DNA from: Octopus sinensis
Lineage: Eukaryota
Direction of reading: 5' to 3'
Length of the DNA stretch: 64,000 nt
Assembly: GCF_006345805.1 (NCBI RefSeq)
Contig: NC_043004.1
Location: 14,322,001-14,386,000 of the forward strand
The position numbers were made by a program, and so were the translations under genes. This document shows positions 28,100 through 42,399 of this stretch, piece after piece; positions within the stretch are counted from its first letter, which is position 1, and each line of letters opens with the position of its first letter. The notes under the pieces were generated by a model. That model saw nothing but the letters and a program-made list of their open reading frames with translations. It had not been told where the DNA came from and made no database searches.

Positions 28100-30345
28100 A
28101 ATTATACTGCCAATCAAATATTTTCCATCAAGCATATGTCAAGGTGTACTGAGTGTAGTTTTTAATGCTGATTTCAAATATACAATTTGTTTTTGACATC
28201 ACGTACAGTTTTCAAGATGAGAAAGTTTTTTGGTTTTAGCCCATGCATTATATAGAAATTCCAATTAATGGCGTGTATGCATGTTTTTCATTTACATCAC
28301 GGACACATACCTTTATGTGAACCAATCAAATTTTGTCTGATGAAATGGGTATTTCAACATCTGAAATTGTCCAGTCATAATTGGTCTCATGCAATATTTC
28401 ATCATCTCAAATTCAATGCAAGTATAACCGTTTGTATTTATTTCCTTTCTTATTTTACAGTGTTAACAATGTCAAGACAGTGTAGAAATCGTCCTGGTGT
28501 GTTTTGTTACGTCTGGACAATTTATTGTGAAAGTTCAAAAACGTACAATAACATTAGAAATCAAAAAGATTTTAAAGCTATATTTTGACTGCCCTCTTGA
28601 AGATCAGGACAAGTTATGGGCACCATATTTTATCTGTACAGTTTGCTCAAATGGCTTACATGACTGGTTCAATAAGCAGAAGTCGCTGCCTTTTTGTGAT
28701 TCCAATAATATGGAGAGAACCGAAATACCATTTTTATGACTGTTATTTTTGCAAAGTAAATGTCACAGGATTTTCTATGAAGAATAAACACAAAATTGTG
28801 TATTTCAATTTGGATACTGCCATGATACTGTGCTTCGCAATGGAAGTCTGCCAAATCCACTTTCACCAGATGATACTGCTGACTGTCACGAGAGTGCTGT
28901 TGAGAAAGTCTACGTCGCTGATGACGATAGCTTTGAACCGCAGAAATTTTCGCAAGCTGAACTGAATGACCTTGTCAGAGACCTATCCTTCTCTAATGGT
29001 ATAGCAGAACTATTGGCATCAAGACTGAATGAGAAGTATCTGCTAGAGCACGGTGTTCGTATAACTTATTTTCATCTGAGAAATGTGGTTCTACAAACGT
29101 AATTTTCTGCTGAAGGCCCGCTTTGCTTTTGCAGTAACATCGATGGATTTTTCGAATGTTATTCACAAAATCATGATCCTGCAGAGTGGCGTTTTCTTAT
29201 TGATTCTTAAAAACGAAGTTTAAAAGCTGTACTTCATAATGGTAATTTGAAGCCCTCCATCCCTATTACACACTCTGTTCATCGTCATGAATCATATGAG
29301 AATATGGAACTTTGACTTCATGCCATTGCCTATGAAAGATTCTCATGGAAAATATGTGGAGATTTAAAACTCATTGCAATGTTAATGAGAATGCAGTCAG
29401 GTTTCACAAAATACTGTTGTTTCTTGTGTCTGAGATAGTCGGGCAACTGACAGACATTATTCGGAATCAAACTGGCAGACAAGAACATCATACGAGCCAG
29501 GACTGTCTAGTGTCAAGAAAATACCTCTTGTAGATCTATGTAAAGTCCTATTGCCACCTTTACACATGAAGCTTAGACTGAGGAAATAGTTTGTAAAGAC
29601 ACTAGGGAAGAGAAATGCCAGAGCATTTGAGTACATTGTAGAAAAGTTTCTCAAAATCACACAGGCGAAGTTGAAAGAGGGTATCTTTGTCGGACACTAA
29701 ATTAGAGAAGTACTCAAAGAAGTCAACGTCAAGACAACACTGGATGAACTGGAACTACCTGCCAGGAATGCTTTCAATTGTATCTGTGAGAATTACTTGG
29801 GCAGCAAGAAGATAATGGACTACAAGGATGACATCAAGAATCTTCTGAAATGTTACTGAGCAATGGGTTGTCGCATGTCACTTCTTGAACTCCCATCTGG
29901 ACTTCTTCGCAGATAACCTTGGCGCAGTGTCTGATGCACATGGTGAAAGATTTCACCAGGACATTAGTGCTATGGAGAAAGGGTACCAAGGCTTCTGGAA
30001 TGACAGTATGCTGACTCACTACTACCGGACACTTTACAGGTCAGGAACACTGCAGGAAATCCAAATCACAATGTTTCTAACTCTGTTGTTCTAAATTTGT
30101 ATGTTTTGTTTGACTAACTGTTTTTGTGTATTCACTCTTTGTAGAATCATAGTGATGATTTTTAACTCAATAAATTCATTTACTTTCTAAAAATAATATA
30201 TCCTTATTTATTACGTTAATGATTTCATATATTCAAATATGAAAATATTTGCTTGTATCTACTGAAAGACTGATATGTGCTGCATACAAATAGTGAGAAA
30301 GTTTGAAGTCAGCATGAAAATTTAGTCCCAAAAAAGTTGGTTTGC
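28100..30345 (+). mobile_element. CMC/Chapaev3-like DNA transposon, near full length, frameshifted
   Basis: MSRQCRNRP.VFCY, DQDKLWAP...C..C, WREP...DCYFC, FSQAELNDLVRDL, LLPPLHMKL, NLGAVSDAHGERFHQDI; imperfect subterminal inverted repeat 28160-28178 / 30302-30320 (17/19). Family assignment is from recalled motifs. Confidence 0.75.
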
Positions 30346-30843
30346 ATTCATAATGTGTATAATGCATTTAATTTTGTTGGCTAGTGTTATTAATCTCCAC
30401 CGTATATTTATGCTTCAACCTAGTCTGAATGCTGTCGCCGCCTATGATACATTTCGCAGAGAGTTACCTCGGTGGCATCATCATCATCGTCATCATTATT
30501 ATCATCATTATCATCATCAGCAACAGCAATATACTGTAGCCATTCTCGATGAAACTATTACTGTGGTTTGGCTTGTTCATGCAAGAGGACTTCTTGTTAC
30601 GTCGTGACTAAGTTTTCGTATGTTGGAGCAACTTTTGTAACCAGTGATACCCCAAGTATTGGTAAGTCTTTTCTTCGAAAATAAAATAATAGTTTTAACG
30701 GGTGAATTTTAATCCGTCTCTAATGAATTTTCTATTTATTCTCGCCAAGATGTCATATAATATTCTTTAACATGAATAACTTTGAGAGTAACTTCGGAGT
30801 TTCGGCCTGCATAACCTTCGTCAGCTATATATATTTACATATG

Positions 30844-30874
<31 letters not shown>

Positions 30875-31142
30875 CTGTGTATTTGTGTGTCTGTATGTGT
30901 GTGCATTTGTTTATTTGTGTTTGTATGTCTGTGTACTATTCTCCCACCGCAAAACGGAGATCGCAGATGCTAATAATAACATTACATACGTGGGTGTTCA
31001 TGTGTATACATGTATAATGTTTTCAGTAATTATACATCAAGCCTGAGGAAGGAAGATAGTTTTATTCTGGTTTACCTGCAGTGTTGGCAACATCAGTGAC
31101 TCCTACTTTCTCTTAATTCAGATATAATTAACGTTAAACAAT

Positions 31143-32250
31143 TCACGGGGGTTTAATTATTATGACTATGATTAATATAATATAAAACGTTCCTGATGAT
31201 GCTACACATTGATTGCTTTGGTGTTGATGGTAGTGATGGTGGTTGTGGTGTTGGGGATGATGATGATGATGGTGGTAACCATGATGGCGGTGCTCGAATT
31301 TACAACCATTGTTGGGTAGCGTAACATAATGAGATGCAGCTAAATTAACATCGTCATTACCAGCATTGTCGTCGTTGTAGTCATCGTCGTCATCATCATC
31401 ATCACAATCGAACCTACCACCACCATCACCACTACCACCAAAGCCATCACTATAACTACCACACCCACCATCATCATCATTATCATTATCATCATTAGCA
31501 CTATCATGCACTTTGTCCTACTGCTCTCCTCCGCCTCCTCCTCCTGTCCTACTGCTCTCGTCCTCCTCCTCTCCCTTATCATCATCATCATTCTATCACT
31601 ACCATCCTTACCATTATCAACATAATCATCATCACTATCGTCATCATCACCACCACCGCGATCACCACCACTATCATCATCATCATCACCTTCATCATCA
31701 TCATCATCATCATTAACATCATCGTCATCAACATCAACAAGAACAAGAACAACAACAACAACAACAACAGCGACAACAAAATCAACAACAACAGAAACCG
31801 GAGCTCCATCGTTGATAATTAATTCTGAAGTGTCAAAACGTTAAGAAAAAAGCCTTCAATGAAATATTGATGGCTATTTTTCTTTTTTCTTTTTTTTTTT
31901 TTTGTAATTTGGACCGGGTGGATTATAATTATTTATGATATTTTATTTTTATTGACTATCTGTATAATAAGGATTATATCACGTGACTTGCTTTTTTAAT
32001 ATCTTATTTGGTCCATTTCAGTCGCTGATCTGATAACATTCATGCCCCCTACTTTACAGAAAAATTTTAATGACGGTGATGGTGTGATTGTTGTTGTTGT
32101 TGTTGTTGACCATGGTGACGATTACAACAACGGTGGTGATGATGATGAGGAGGAGGAAGAGGAGGACGATGAGGAGGAGGCGGCAGAGGAGGATGGTCAA
32201 GATAAGGATGTTAGTGGTGGCGAGGAAGATGGTGGTATCGATGATCATGG

Positions 32251-32320
<70 letters not shown>

Positions 32321-32342
32321 GGTGATGATGATGATCAAGGTA

Positions 32343-32374
<32 letters not shown>

Positions 32375-32831
32375 GATGAGGAAGATGATGCTGATGACGA
32401 TAAGGGCGATGATGTAGAGGAGTAAGATTATGATGTTATGATAATGGTGGTGGCAGTGATGACAATAGTGGGTGTTGTTGTAGTGGTGGTGATGTTGTTG
32501 TTGATGTTGATGATGAGGATGATTGTGATGCCATTGATGACAACGGCGACTACGACAACGAAAACGACAGGGAAGCTGAAAGAGAGAAGGAAAAGGAAAG
32601 AGAAAAAGAATGCTAATGCTGCAGTTGCTGTTGTTGCTACTATTGATGCTGCTTGCTGCCCTCTGGAGGCTGCTGCTACTAAAACTGTTGATTCCAATAA
32701 TGCTGCTGTTGCTAATAATTACGATGAAGGGGAGGATTATCATGAAGAGGAAGATTATAATGACGCTGATGTGGAATATTGATGACGAAGAGCAAAAATG
32801 AAAGTATTTGGAAGAGAATAAACAGAAGACT

Positions 32832-32862
<31 letters not shown>

Positions 32863-33079
32863 CTGCTGCTACTCGAGATGATGATGGCGTCGTTGATGAT
32901 CTGGACGATTTCCATGATGGCGACGATTATGAGGATGATGGCGCTGCTGCCGTTGCTGCTGTTGCTGCTGTTGCTGCTGATGATAATGATGATGAAGGTG
33001 GTGATGGCGATTTTTGATAACGCCAAAGACGCCTACCGCAACGTCGACGATATTAACGATGATGAAAATGGCGATGATG

Positions 33080-33126
<47 letters not shown>

Positions 33127-33181
33127 CTGATGATGCTGATGATGATGATGATGTAGATGATGATGATGGTGATGATGATGC

Positions 33182-33215
<34 letters not shown>

Positions 33216-33400
33216 AATCATGATGTTGATGATGATGAGGATGTTATTGATATTAATGATGTTAATCATGAAGAGGATAATAATGAAGATGATGATGATG
33301 ACGACGACGAAGACGACGATGATAATGACGATGTGTTTTGATAAAGATGAAAAATAAGAAAGAAATATATTACGATGATAATGCCGGTGCTATTGATGAT
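31143..33400. repeat. About 2.3-kb cryptic trinucleotide field (CAT/CAC/CAA block followed by GAT/GGT/GTT/GCT block)
   Basis: Seen directly in the sequence; low-complexity ORFs arise in several frames on both strands. Confidence 0.9.
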
Positions 33401-33654
33401 GAACCCGATCAATACAGCTCACACCACCGTAATTCAATACTCACAATATACATCACAGCAAGTCCCTTTTTGTTCCATGGATTTTCCCCCTTCTTTTATG
33501 TAATAATTTCATATTTCCGAGTCGCTTTTCTTCACAGCTGCATTTTCATAAATAAATAAAAAATTCAGACAAATAAAGAAAAGAAAAAGGCATTGATGTT
33601 ACTATAATCGCTGATTATTCCATTTCAACATTAAGGCTATATTTATATACGTAC

Positions 33655-33877
33655 ACCACACACACACACGCACACGCACACACACACACGCACACGCACA
33701 CACACACATACACACACACACGCACACGCACACTCACACGCACACACACATACATACACACACACATATATACATCACATGTATATATACATATATATAT
33801 GTATATATGTATATTTGTGATACATATACTCACATGTATATGTAAATACGTACTTATATATATTCATATATATATAT

Positions 33878-33911
<34 letters not shown>

Positions 33912-34150
33912 CATATATATTTGTATATATATTTATATATATATATGTATATAAATATAAGTATATATCTATTATACGCACAAGGTAGCGCACATGTATA
34001 TATATATTCATACCTATGTATATGTATATATATGTGTGTGTGTATGTGTGTGTGTAAATGTATATGCATACATATATATAATATATATACACACATGCAT
34101 ATATATACGCTGATATACGTGTATATGTACATAAGATGTATGTGTGTGCG
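33655..34150. repeat. (CA)n/(TA)n/(TG)n microsatellite field
   Basis: Seen directly in the sequence. Confidence 0.92.
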
Positions 34151-34888
34151 ATTGAGTGTGTTTATGCGGCTGTGTATGTGTAAGTGGCTGTTGTTTAGAA
34201 AATTGATTTGAAAAGAAAGAAAAACAGGCGTTGATTTCTATACCGGGTATTATTGGCTTTGAATGGAAAGCTCCATGTAATCAATTGTACTATAGAAATG
34301 TTAGTAACGTTAATTAAGGGTTGATATAATGCATCACGTTCGGTATATGTAGTTTGTCACGACTGTAACCTTATGGTTACATATTTTAACTGTTCTGCTG
34401 AGCAATTTCTTAAACGCCATTGCTGGAATTTTCTTCGAAGGCTATATATATTGACGCTTTCATTAAATGTATTTTATCAGAACTAATTATCCAAACATTC
34501 TTTTTAAATATTTTCGTTAAGTAAAATACAACAAGGTATTCTAAATAAGTATCTTACAATTCATCCTGCCCAACTCTTCTGCATGAGGTCTTTTCTATCC
34601 CAATGTCGTCGGTAGCTAAAAATATTGAAACGAAGATTAGACATTCAAAGGTTTACTGTGTGGATATTAATTCAATGGCTGCATGCAACATTGGATGTTT
34701 GCAATTAATAAGTTATTTACAAGGAAGCCTGCCACACAGTTCAATTTATTGAACGCTCACAGAAACATTTCTCTTGAATAATAATTACGATGCATTTATA
34801 CTGGATACAAGATAATATATATATCAAAATAAATGTTTCACACACACACACACTCACACATACACACATAGATAAATTATATATATAT

Positions 34889-35109
34889 ACTCTTTACTCT
34901 TTTACTCTTTTACTTGTTTCAATCATTTGACTGCGGCCATGCTGGAGCACCGCCTTTAGTCGAGCAAATCGACCCCAGGACTGATTCTTTGTAAGCCCAG
35001 TACTTATTCTATCGGTCTCTTTTGCCGAACCGCTAAGTGACGGGGACGTAAACACACCAGCATCGGTTGTAAAGCAATGCTAGGGGGACAAAGACAGACA
35101 CACAAACAT

Positions 35110-35140
<31 letters not shown>

Positions 35141-35313
35141 CATTCATATATACGACGGGCTTCTTTCAGTTTCCGTCAATCAAATCCACTCACAAGGCTT
35201 TGGTTGGCCCGAGGCTATAGTAGAAGACACTTGCCCAAGATGCCACGCAGTGGGACTGAACCCGGAACCATGTGGTTGGTAAGCAAGCTACTTACCACAC
35301 AGTCACTCCTGCG

Positions 35314-35315
<2 letters not shown>
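34889..35315 (-). mobile_element. SINE family B
   Basis: Reverse complement of 7897-8349; its head abuts (TA)n. Confidence 0.93.
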
Positions 35316-35387
<72 letters not shown>

Positions 35388-36373
35388 TATATGTGACTAT
35401 GTGTGTGTATACATATACGTATACATTGAAGAACCACAATCATATAAGTACATATATGTAAATACTCTTACCTGTCATCTATCTATCTGACTATCTATCT
35501 ATCTATCTATATATCTATCTATCTCTCCCTATGCATGTATATATGTATGTATGTATATATGTATATGTATATATATATTATATATACATTCCTTTCTCTC
35601 TCTCTCCCTTTCTCTTTATATATGTATATATAAATACATATACACATACACACGCACACACACGAACAGACACACATACACAGATAGACATGTGAACTTG
35701 TGTGTATTTTGTAATCATCCATGAAGCTATTCACATACTTAGTAAATAGAATTAAAGGATAACATATTTTACCTTCCTGATATGAAAGACGATATTTCGT
35801 TTAAGATTTGCTTTTTCCTCAAAACACACATTCAAATTACTTTTCTTTCCAGTTATGAGCCATCATCCGAGAATTTACATTAGCGCATTTGATCTCATAC
35901 GTATGCATGCAAATATACACAAACACAGGAACACACACGCATACACAGGAAAATACAGGCATACACACTAACATACACGCATGTATAGAGTCTGTATGGG
36001 CTAAAATCTAATAAAAGGCTATGCTCTGCGGCAGTAATTAGTGACGTCAATGAGAACCAGATGTTCATATAATTAGTGTTAGATTTCAATTACAGTTCTT
36101 CTGGTCATTTGCCATCAATATGATACTGCTGACAATTTTTTCTTACAGATAGAAAACTTCACATATTTCAAATAAAATATGCTACTTAAAAATACATGCG
36201 TCAAAATTTCTACTTACAGATGTTGCATATAATGGGTCTAATAGTTTATTTTTATGAAATTGCGAGATAATTTAAGGTTGATGTTGAAATTTTACCTGAA
36301 ACAATGATGTTATACAAGAATTTTGCCGTTCTACAAACATAGTATCCCTAAGATGCAAGATCTTACCCAGTTT

Positions 36374-36415
<42 letters not shown>

Positions 36416-36470
36416 GTTGTTGTTGTTGTTTTTGTTGCTGCTGTTGTTGTTGTTGTTGTTTTTGTTGTGC

Positions 36471-36504
<34 letters not shown>

Positions 36505-36510
36505 ATTATT

Positions 36511-37216
36511 ATATGTTTGACTTTTGCTTTGTATTTGTACAAGTTGACTCCATGTCTCACCCAGAAATCTCAAGAGATAACAATTTAAATTTTTAAGTTA
36601 GTGTTATACCTAGGGTGTCAAATACTTGGTTTTTTACGTAGTATTGTTCTAGAAAATGCTTAAGAAAAACATAAGAAAATTATGAGTTTGTTTTAAACTT
36701 GAGATTACATAGACAGTATTTACGTAGGATATGGGTAGTTTCCAGGAGCACTATCTTTTGAGTTTCTGCCATTTTGGGGTTTCCTGGTATATGAGATATG
36801 TAGGAATCTGCCCCTTTTGCTATCATTTCAAGGGCACCTATGACAACAGGTTTTGTTTTAATCTTGAGCTTTCACATTTTGCTAATTTCTATTTCAAGAT
36901 CTATATATTTTCTCAGTTTTAGATGGATACATGTATGACAGATACATTTATGTCGATTGGGACAGTCATATCAATGAGGGGGCATGCTTTTTGTCTGAAG
37001 TCTTCCACTATAATGTCTATCTTTCCGTCACTTTGAATGGTGAGGTGATAATGTTCAAGCACTTGAGGTGGTTTGTATTCTCATCAGTTTTTATCATGGG
37101 GCAGGTCCAGGATTTTGCGAATTACCCAGTGAACATATAGTGCTCCTCTACCATGCCTGTTAAGATACTCTGCAGGTACAAGGAGACTACACATGGAGAC
37201 AATGCTTTGATTTTGT
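36511..37216 (-). mobile_element. R4/Dong-type 3' fragment, family D
   Basis: SMCSLLVPAEYLNRHGR..YVHW followed by the endonuclease domain; 3' end caaagcaaaagtcaaacatat matches 62038-62823; flanked by (ATT)/(GTT)n. Confidence 0.9.
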
Positions 37217-37234
37217 ATTATTATTATTATTATT

Positions 37235-37895
37235 GTTGCCTTTGCATAGCTTCTAACGCTGTAGGTGTATTACAGTGTCAGCTGTTCACTACCAGTGAAC
37301 TAAGAAAACACCCCTTATTCTTTGAGCACCTTCCGGAGTATTCGAGCAGTTCCAAGCAGTGCTGTTTTCTGCAAGTGTTCCACCCTTATTGCAACCCCTA
37401 TTTGTCCCACGTGCTTCTCAAAAATTTTTCTCACTGTTCCCATGTCTCCGACAATTATTGGTAATATTGCTACCTTTTTCATCGACCATAACTGCTTAAC
37501 TTCCCAAGCTAACTTGTCATATTTCTCGACTGTTCTTTCTTCCTTGTCGCATACCTGTTGTCAGCTGGGCTTGCTATGTCTATGATCCAGCATAGTTTGT
37601 TTTCTTTCTCAATTAAGACTATGTCCGGCTTCCTATTCTCAATCTCGTGGTCACACTAAATAATAAAATCCCATAGGATCGTTGTATTTCTATTTTCGAT
37701 AATGCCTTCAGGCTTGTGGTCGTACCAATTTTTTGCTCTGTCAAGTTCATACATGTTGCAAAGTATCCAATGGACAAGCCTGGCTATATTGTCGTGGCGT
37801 CTCTTATATTCCTTCTGGGCTATTGGCGTACATTGGCTGGTAATATGCCATACGATTTCACCGTTTTCTCCACAGATTCTGCACTTATCATTTTC
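37235..37895 (-). mobile_element. R4/Dong-type 3' fragment, family E
   Basis: DKCRICGENGEIVWHITSQC...YKRRHDNIAR, endonuclease domain, KTALLGTARILRKVLKE*; (ATT)n on both sides. Confidence 0.9.
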
Positions 37896-37975
<80 letters not shown>

Positions 37976-37988
37976 TTATTATTATAAA

Positions 37989-38537
37989 GGCTGCGAGCTG
38001 GCAGAATTGTTGGCACGCCGGGTGAAATGCTTAGCGTTGTATCGTCTGCCGCTACCTTCTGAGTTCAAATTCCGCCGAGGCCTACTTTGCCTCTCATCCT
38101 TTCGGGGTCGATAAATTAAGTACTAGTTGAACACTGGGATCGATGTATTCGACTAGCCGCTCCCCCACATTTCAGACCTTTTGCCTATAGCAGAAAGGAT
38201 TATTATTATTTTTGTTGTTGTAGTTGTTATTATTGTTGTTGTTGTTATTTGTGTTATTGTTGTTGTTGTTTTTATTATTATTATCATTATAAAGGCATCG
38301 AGTGGGTAGAATCGTTAGCACGTTGGACGAAATGCTTGGCGATATTTCACCCGTCGCTACGTTCTCAGTTCAAATTCCGCGGAGGTTGACTTTACCTTTC
38401 ATCCTTTCAGAGTCGTTTGAATAAGGACAAGTTACGAACTGGTGTTGATGCAATTGACTTCCCCCCCACCCACCAAATTTCAGGCCATGTGAATATAGTA
38501 GAAAGGATTATTATTATTATTATTGTTATTATTATTT
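37989..38537 (+). mobile_element. Two tandem SINE family A copies (37989-38200 and 38294-38507) with (ATT)/(GTT)n tails
   Basis: A and B boxes, shared body, ...gaaaggattattatt tails. Confidence 0.9.
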
Positions 38538-40002
38538 TTTACAAACGCAATTACGATGTATGAAATGAATCTGTAGTGCGACAAACACAAGAGTGTCTGT
38601 TATAGTGGTGACGAAACGAAGAGGCAGAGAGAACTTAGTAGTTGATTTTATGAATGTGGGATGACAGGTAGAATATCAAATTTAGTAGAACGAGTCGTTT
38701 CCTTTGGAAGAGGGTCTCGAGATATTAAATGTGTGAGTAATAGCTTCCAGTGTCGTTCGGTGTCGAAAAAGAAACTAAGGCCCCAAATTTCGACAACATG
38801 GATGAGAATGATCATGAAGATGAATTAAGCATCCATATTAATAGAATATTATCTCATTCTTATTACAAAATCTGTTTCCCTTGCAAATTGATCTGAGTTA
38901 CCGTTTGTTAACTCGGCATCGATATTGTCAAACATTAATGTTGTGTTACGATCTGTCTCCTTTAATTTGCATGTAACTCTATTAACTGTTTCTGCTTCAA
39001 TGTAAAACGAATGTCTAATTCTAATTATCTTTAAGAGATTTATCTACTACTACTTGTGTGATACTTTCTAAAGTTCTTGTCTGTCGTTTAATCTTTACTT
39101 TATATACCTTTAAATATTTAGACATCTGCCTTGAACTACCTACAATTTAATTCAATTATACTTGATATGGTCTATTGATTTTTGTATGAAAATTCAGTCT
39201 GGTATCGATTCAATGTGATATTAAAATTAAATATACTCGAAGTAACTTCAAATCAATGTCATTATATCTGAAACACATTGTTCCAGATACATTACTTATA
39301 TCCCTCATAATCTAGATCTAAATTGTGCAATGGTAAAGTGAGTTATTTATATAAATATATTTTACCTCTTGATGCTAAGACAATTGTGAGGAAGTTTATA
39401 TTCATAATCAAATGAAAAGCTTTATTTCAATATATTTATAATAAAATTAGAATTTTTATTTCAGTATATTTATATTTCTTCCATAATTAAAAATACCTTG
39501 CAGGTACTATGATAGAGTTTAACGTCATTCCAATTTACGAATTTGTGGGAAAAGCATGTGCATTAGACTACGTTGAATTAATCGCAGAACCCGAAAATAG
39601 TTTCCTGGAGGCAAAATATACATTGTTAGATAAGATTTGGCTTCGAAAATTCATTAAAGGTTTTCAATGTTTGTCGTATTTAATAACCTGACACCGAGAG
39701 CACTCATTATTTGAGAGTAAGTAGTAGTTGTTAGTTTGTAGATGTTAGAAAAAGCTCATATATGCTTAATTGGATGAGCACTTGTCGTGAGTTGAACTTA
39801 AGAATAGTTTGTTGTTTAATCTCAGTGGTTCTCATTTAAAGAGATATTGTGTAGTAGAAAAGGAGCCGATAAAGATAATTATCTCAAATGTTCAGATTTG
39901 TAGACGGCGTAACTTTGTTGCTACACGTTATCGATATAAATATTTCTTAAGCGGGAGAAGTAATCTAAATTGTTATTGAGAAAGAGCGCTGGAACTAATG
40001 AT

Positions 40003-40238
40003 GGAGGCGCGTGGCTTAGTTGTTATGTTGTTGGACTCATGATCGTAAGGTTGTGATTTCGATTCCGGGATCAGGCGACGCGTTGTGTTCTTGAGCAAGA
40101 TACATCATTTCACGTTCATCAAATACACTTAGCTGGCGAGAATAAATAATCCTGTGTTGGACCAGCGTCCCGTCCAGGTAGGGTATATATTCGCCACGGA
40201 AACCGGTAAACCGGCCCTGTGAGTCTATATGACACGGG
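40003..40238 (+). mobile_element. tRNA-derived SINE family C
   Basis: ggaggcgcgtggcttagt (A box), atttcgattcc (B box), ttgagcaag...atttcacgtt body. Confidence 0.8.
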
Positions 40239-40349
40239 AAAGAACACTGACGGAGATATTATTATTGTTCAGTTGTTTGTACTGCCGATTTGCACAATGA
40301 CACATTTTACAAATAGAGAAAATTCCAAATGTCTAGATATGAATTATTA

Positions 40350-41230
40350 TTCATTTCAAATTATGGCTTATGCCCAGAATTCAGCAGGAGCGGACAAGTC
40401 GATTACATCGACCACAGTCTTCAACTACTACTTATTTTATTGATCCTGACAGGACAAAACGAAAAATCGACCTCAGCGGAATTTGAACTCAGAATGTGAA
40501 GACGGACGAAATGCTGCTAAGCATTTTCCCAGGGAGCTCGCAAATCTACCGGTTCCCCGCCTTAATATGAAGTAATACTGGTTTAGATTAAGAATTAATG
40601 TTGGTTTCAAATTATGGCTGAAGGCCAACAGTTTTGTCGGAGAGAGCAAATCGATTACATCAACGCCAGTGCTCCACTGATACTTACTTTATCGACCCCG
40701 AAATGATGAAAGGCAAAGTTAACCTCGGACGAAATGACGCTAAGAATTTTGCCAAAAAATACCGCCAGCTCGCCGCCTTAAATTACAAATTAATATTAAA
40801 ATAAGAAAAGCCTTTCGTTGCGAGTGAACTATCAGCAACCATCCAATGTAAGCGTATAGAAAGTTTACGATATATATTTACTTCACAAAGAAATAGTTAA
40901 TGATGATAACACAACGGGTAGAATAAGGCAAGTGGATATGATAAATATGCATAACATAGTCATCTATATTAAAGTAGAATCATTATGATTAATATAAACG
41001 AAATTGCCACAACACAACAATATATTGGCTTCAAATTTTGGCATGAGGCCAGAAATTTTGGGGAAGGGAATAATTCAACTCCACTGTTCGACAGGTATTT
41101 ATTTTTATCAACCCCAAAAGAAGGAAAGGTGAACTCGAAATCAGAGGAATTTGAACTCAGAACTTAATGACGGAAGAAATACCGACTAGCATTATGCCAG
41201 GTGTGCTGACAATTCTGCCTGCTCTCCCTC
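40350..41230 (-). mobile_element. Three diverged SINE family A copies (about 40350-40563, 40600-40778, 41020-41230)
   Basis: Reverse-complement B box ggaatttgaactcagaa, cagctcgccgcc head and atcgacccc body motifs. Confidence 0.8.
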
Positions 41231-42399
41231 TGTCAGCGTACTAATATATAACAACGTTTTTAATCAGCTCTTTCCAAATATTGGTCACGTTCTGCATGTA
41301 AACGACATCTGAAACCAAATCAAAACTGTTCATAGCTTGTTCTGGTGTTTGATATAAAAACGATGAATGATGTGAGATCTTGGATGTGGATCTACGTGAA
41401 AATAATAAGTGAAAATAAGAGAAAGATTATAAGCATATTGTCATGAGTGACATATTGGATAATAGAATACATGATATGTGGTTATAAGAAATATTTCTAT
41501 ATTTGTTCACAGCTCATCTTATTGAAATGTTAAAGCTAATAAAATATGAATGGATAGAGAGAAATGTTTCTTGCTGTTTCTGCGAATTTGCGTATATTAG
41601 AGATGTTTGTTTGAGATTTCTGTAGGGAAAAAGAACAACACACGATTTTATGTTGTTCTATTGTGTTTATATCGAAGATGGAAACCAACACCAACGTTTC
41701 AAGGTACAGACTTCAATAATTATTGAGAGATATCTCTCCTAACATGGAACCAAACGTAGTCTGGTTACCCCAGGAATACAGAACATTTAGCCACCAATGC
41801 GCTTGAACGCTCATTCTAACTGTTCGCTATTAAGACACACACACGCACGCACACACACACACACACATACACACACACACGCACACACACATACAAGTAT
41901 ATAAATATATATACATGGGGGTGGTTCTCTGTGTGCATACATATAAATACACACACGCACACGCGCATACACACACATGCACACATATATAATTTTAAAT
42001 TTTGCCATAGAAGAAATGAGGTAAGGCTTAAAATAGTACCTCGGAGATAATGATGTTGGCAGTCAGTTATCCATATTTAAGTTAAAATGAAAAAGAATTT
42101 CACGTAATAATCAATCTATTCTTCAGTGATGTTGACTATCTTAACGAAAAGGATAGAAAAGATTACACACAACTGAATGGAAAGTGTTCCTATAAATGAC
42201 CAGTTGACATGCACTCAATTTGTGGAGCCAATGTATAGCTGATGAAGCCACTCGAGTTTAAATTCGTAGGTTAGTATTATGAGGATATATTGGATAAAAT
42301 GCAGTCGCCTAAGTTTGCGAATGAAACATCTATTGATCCACTTAGTCTCTTTAACAACAAAGGTTAATAGATCTCTTTTATGCTTCTTAGTAATTCTCT

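Noticed and set aside
32042-32425. Asp/Glu-rich 127-aa ORF resembling an acidic biomineralisation protein
   Set aside because: It lies in a trinucleotide slippage field where the other frames give equally long poly-M and poly-I/H ORFs; I saw no signal peptide or supporting splice structure.
38900-39700. Possible minus-strand Penelope RT relic
   Set aside because: Only vague motif resemblance in very AT-rich sequence; too weak to annotate.
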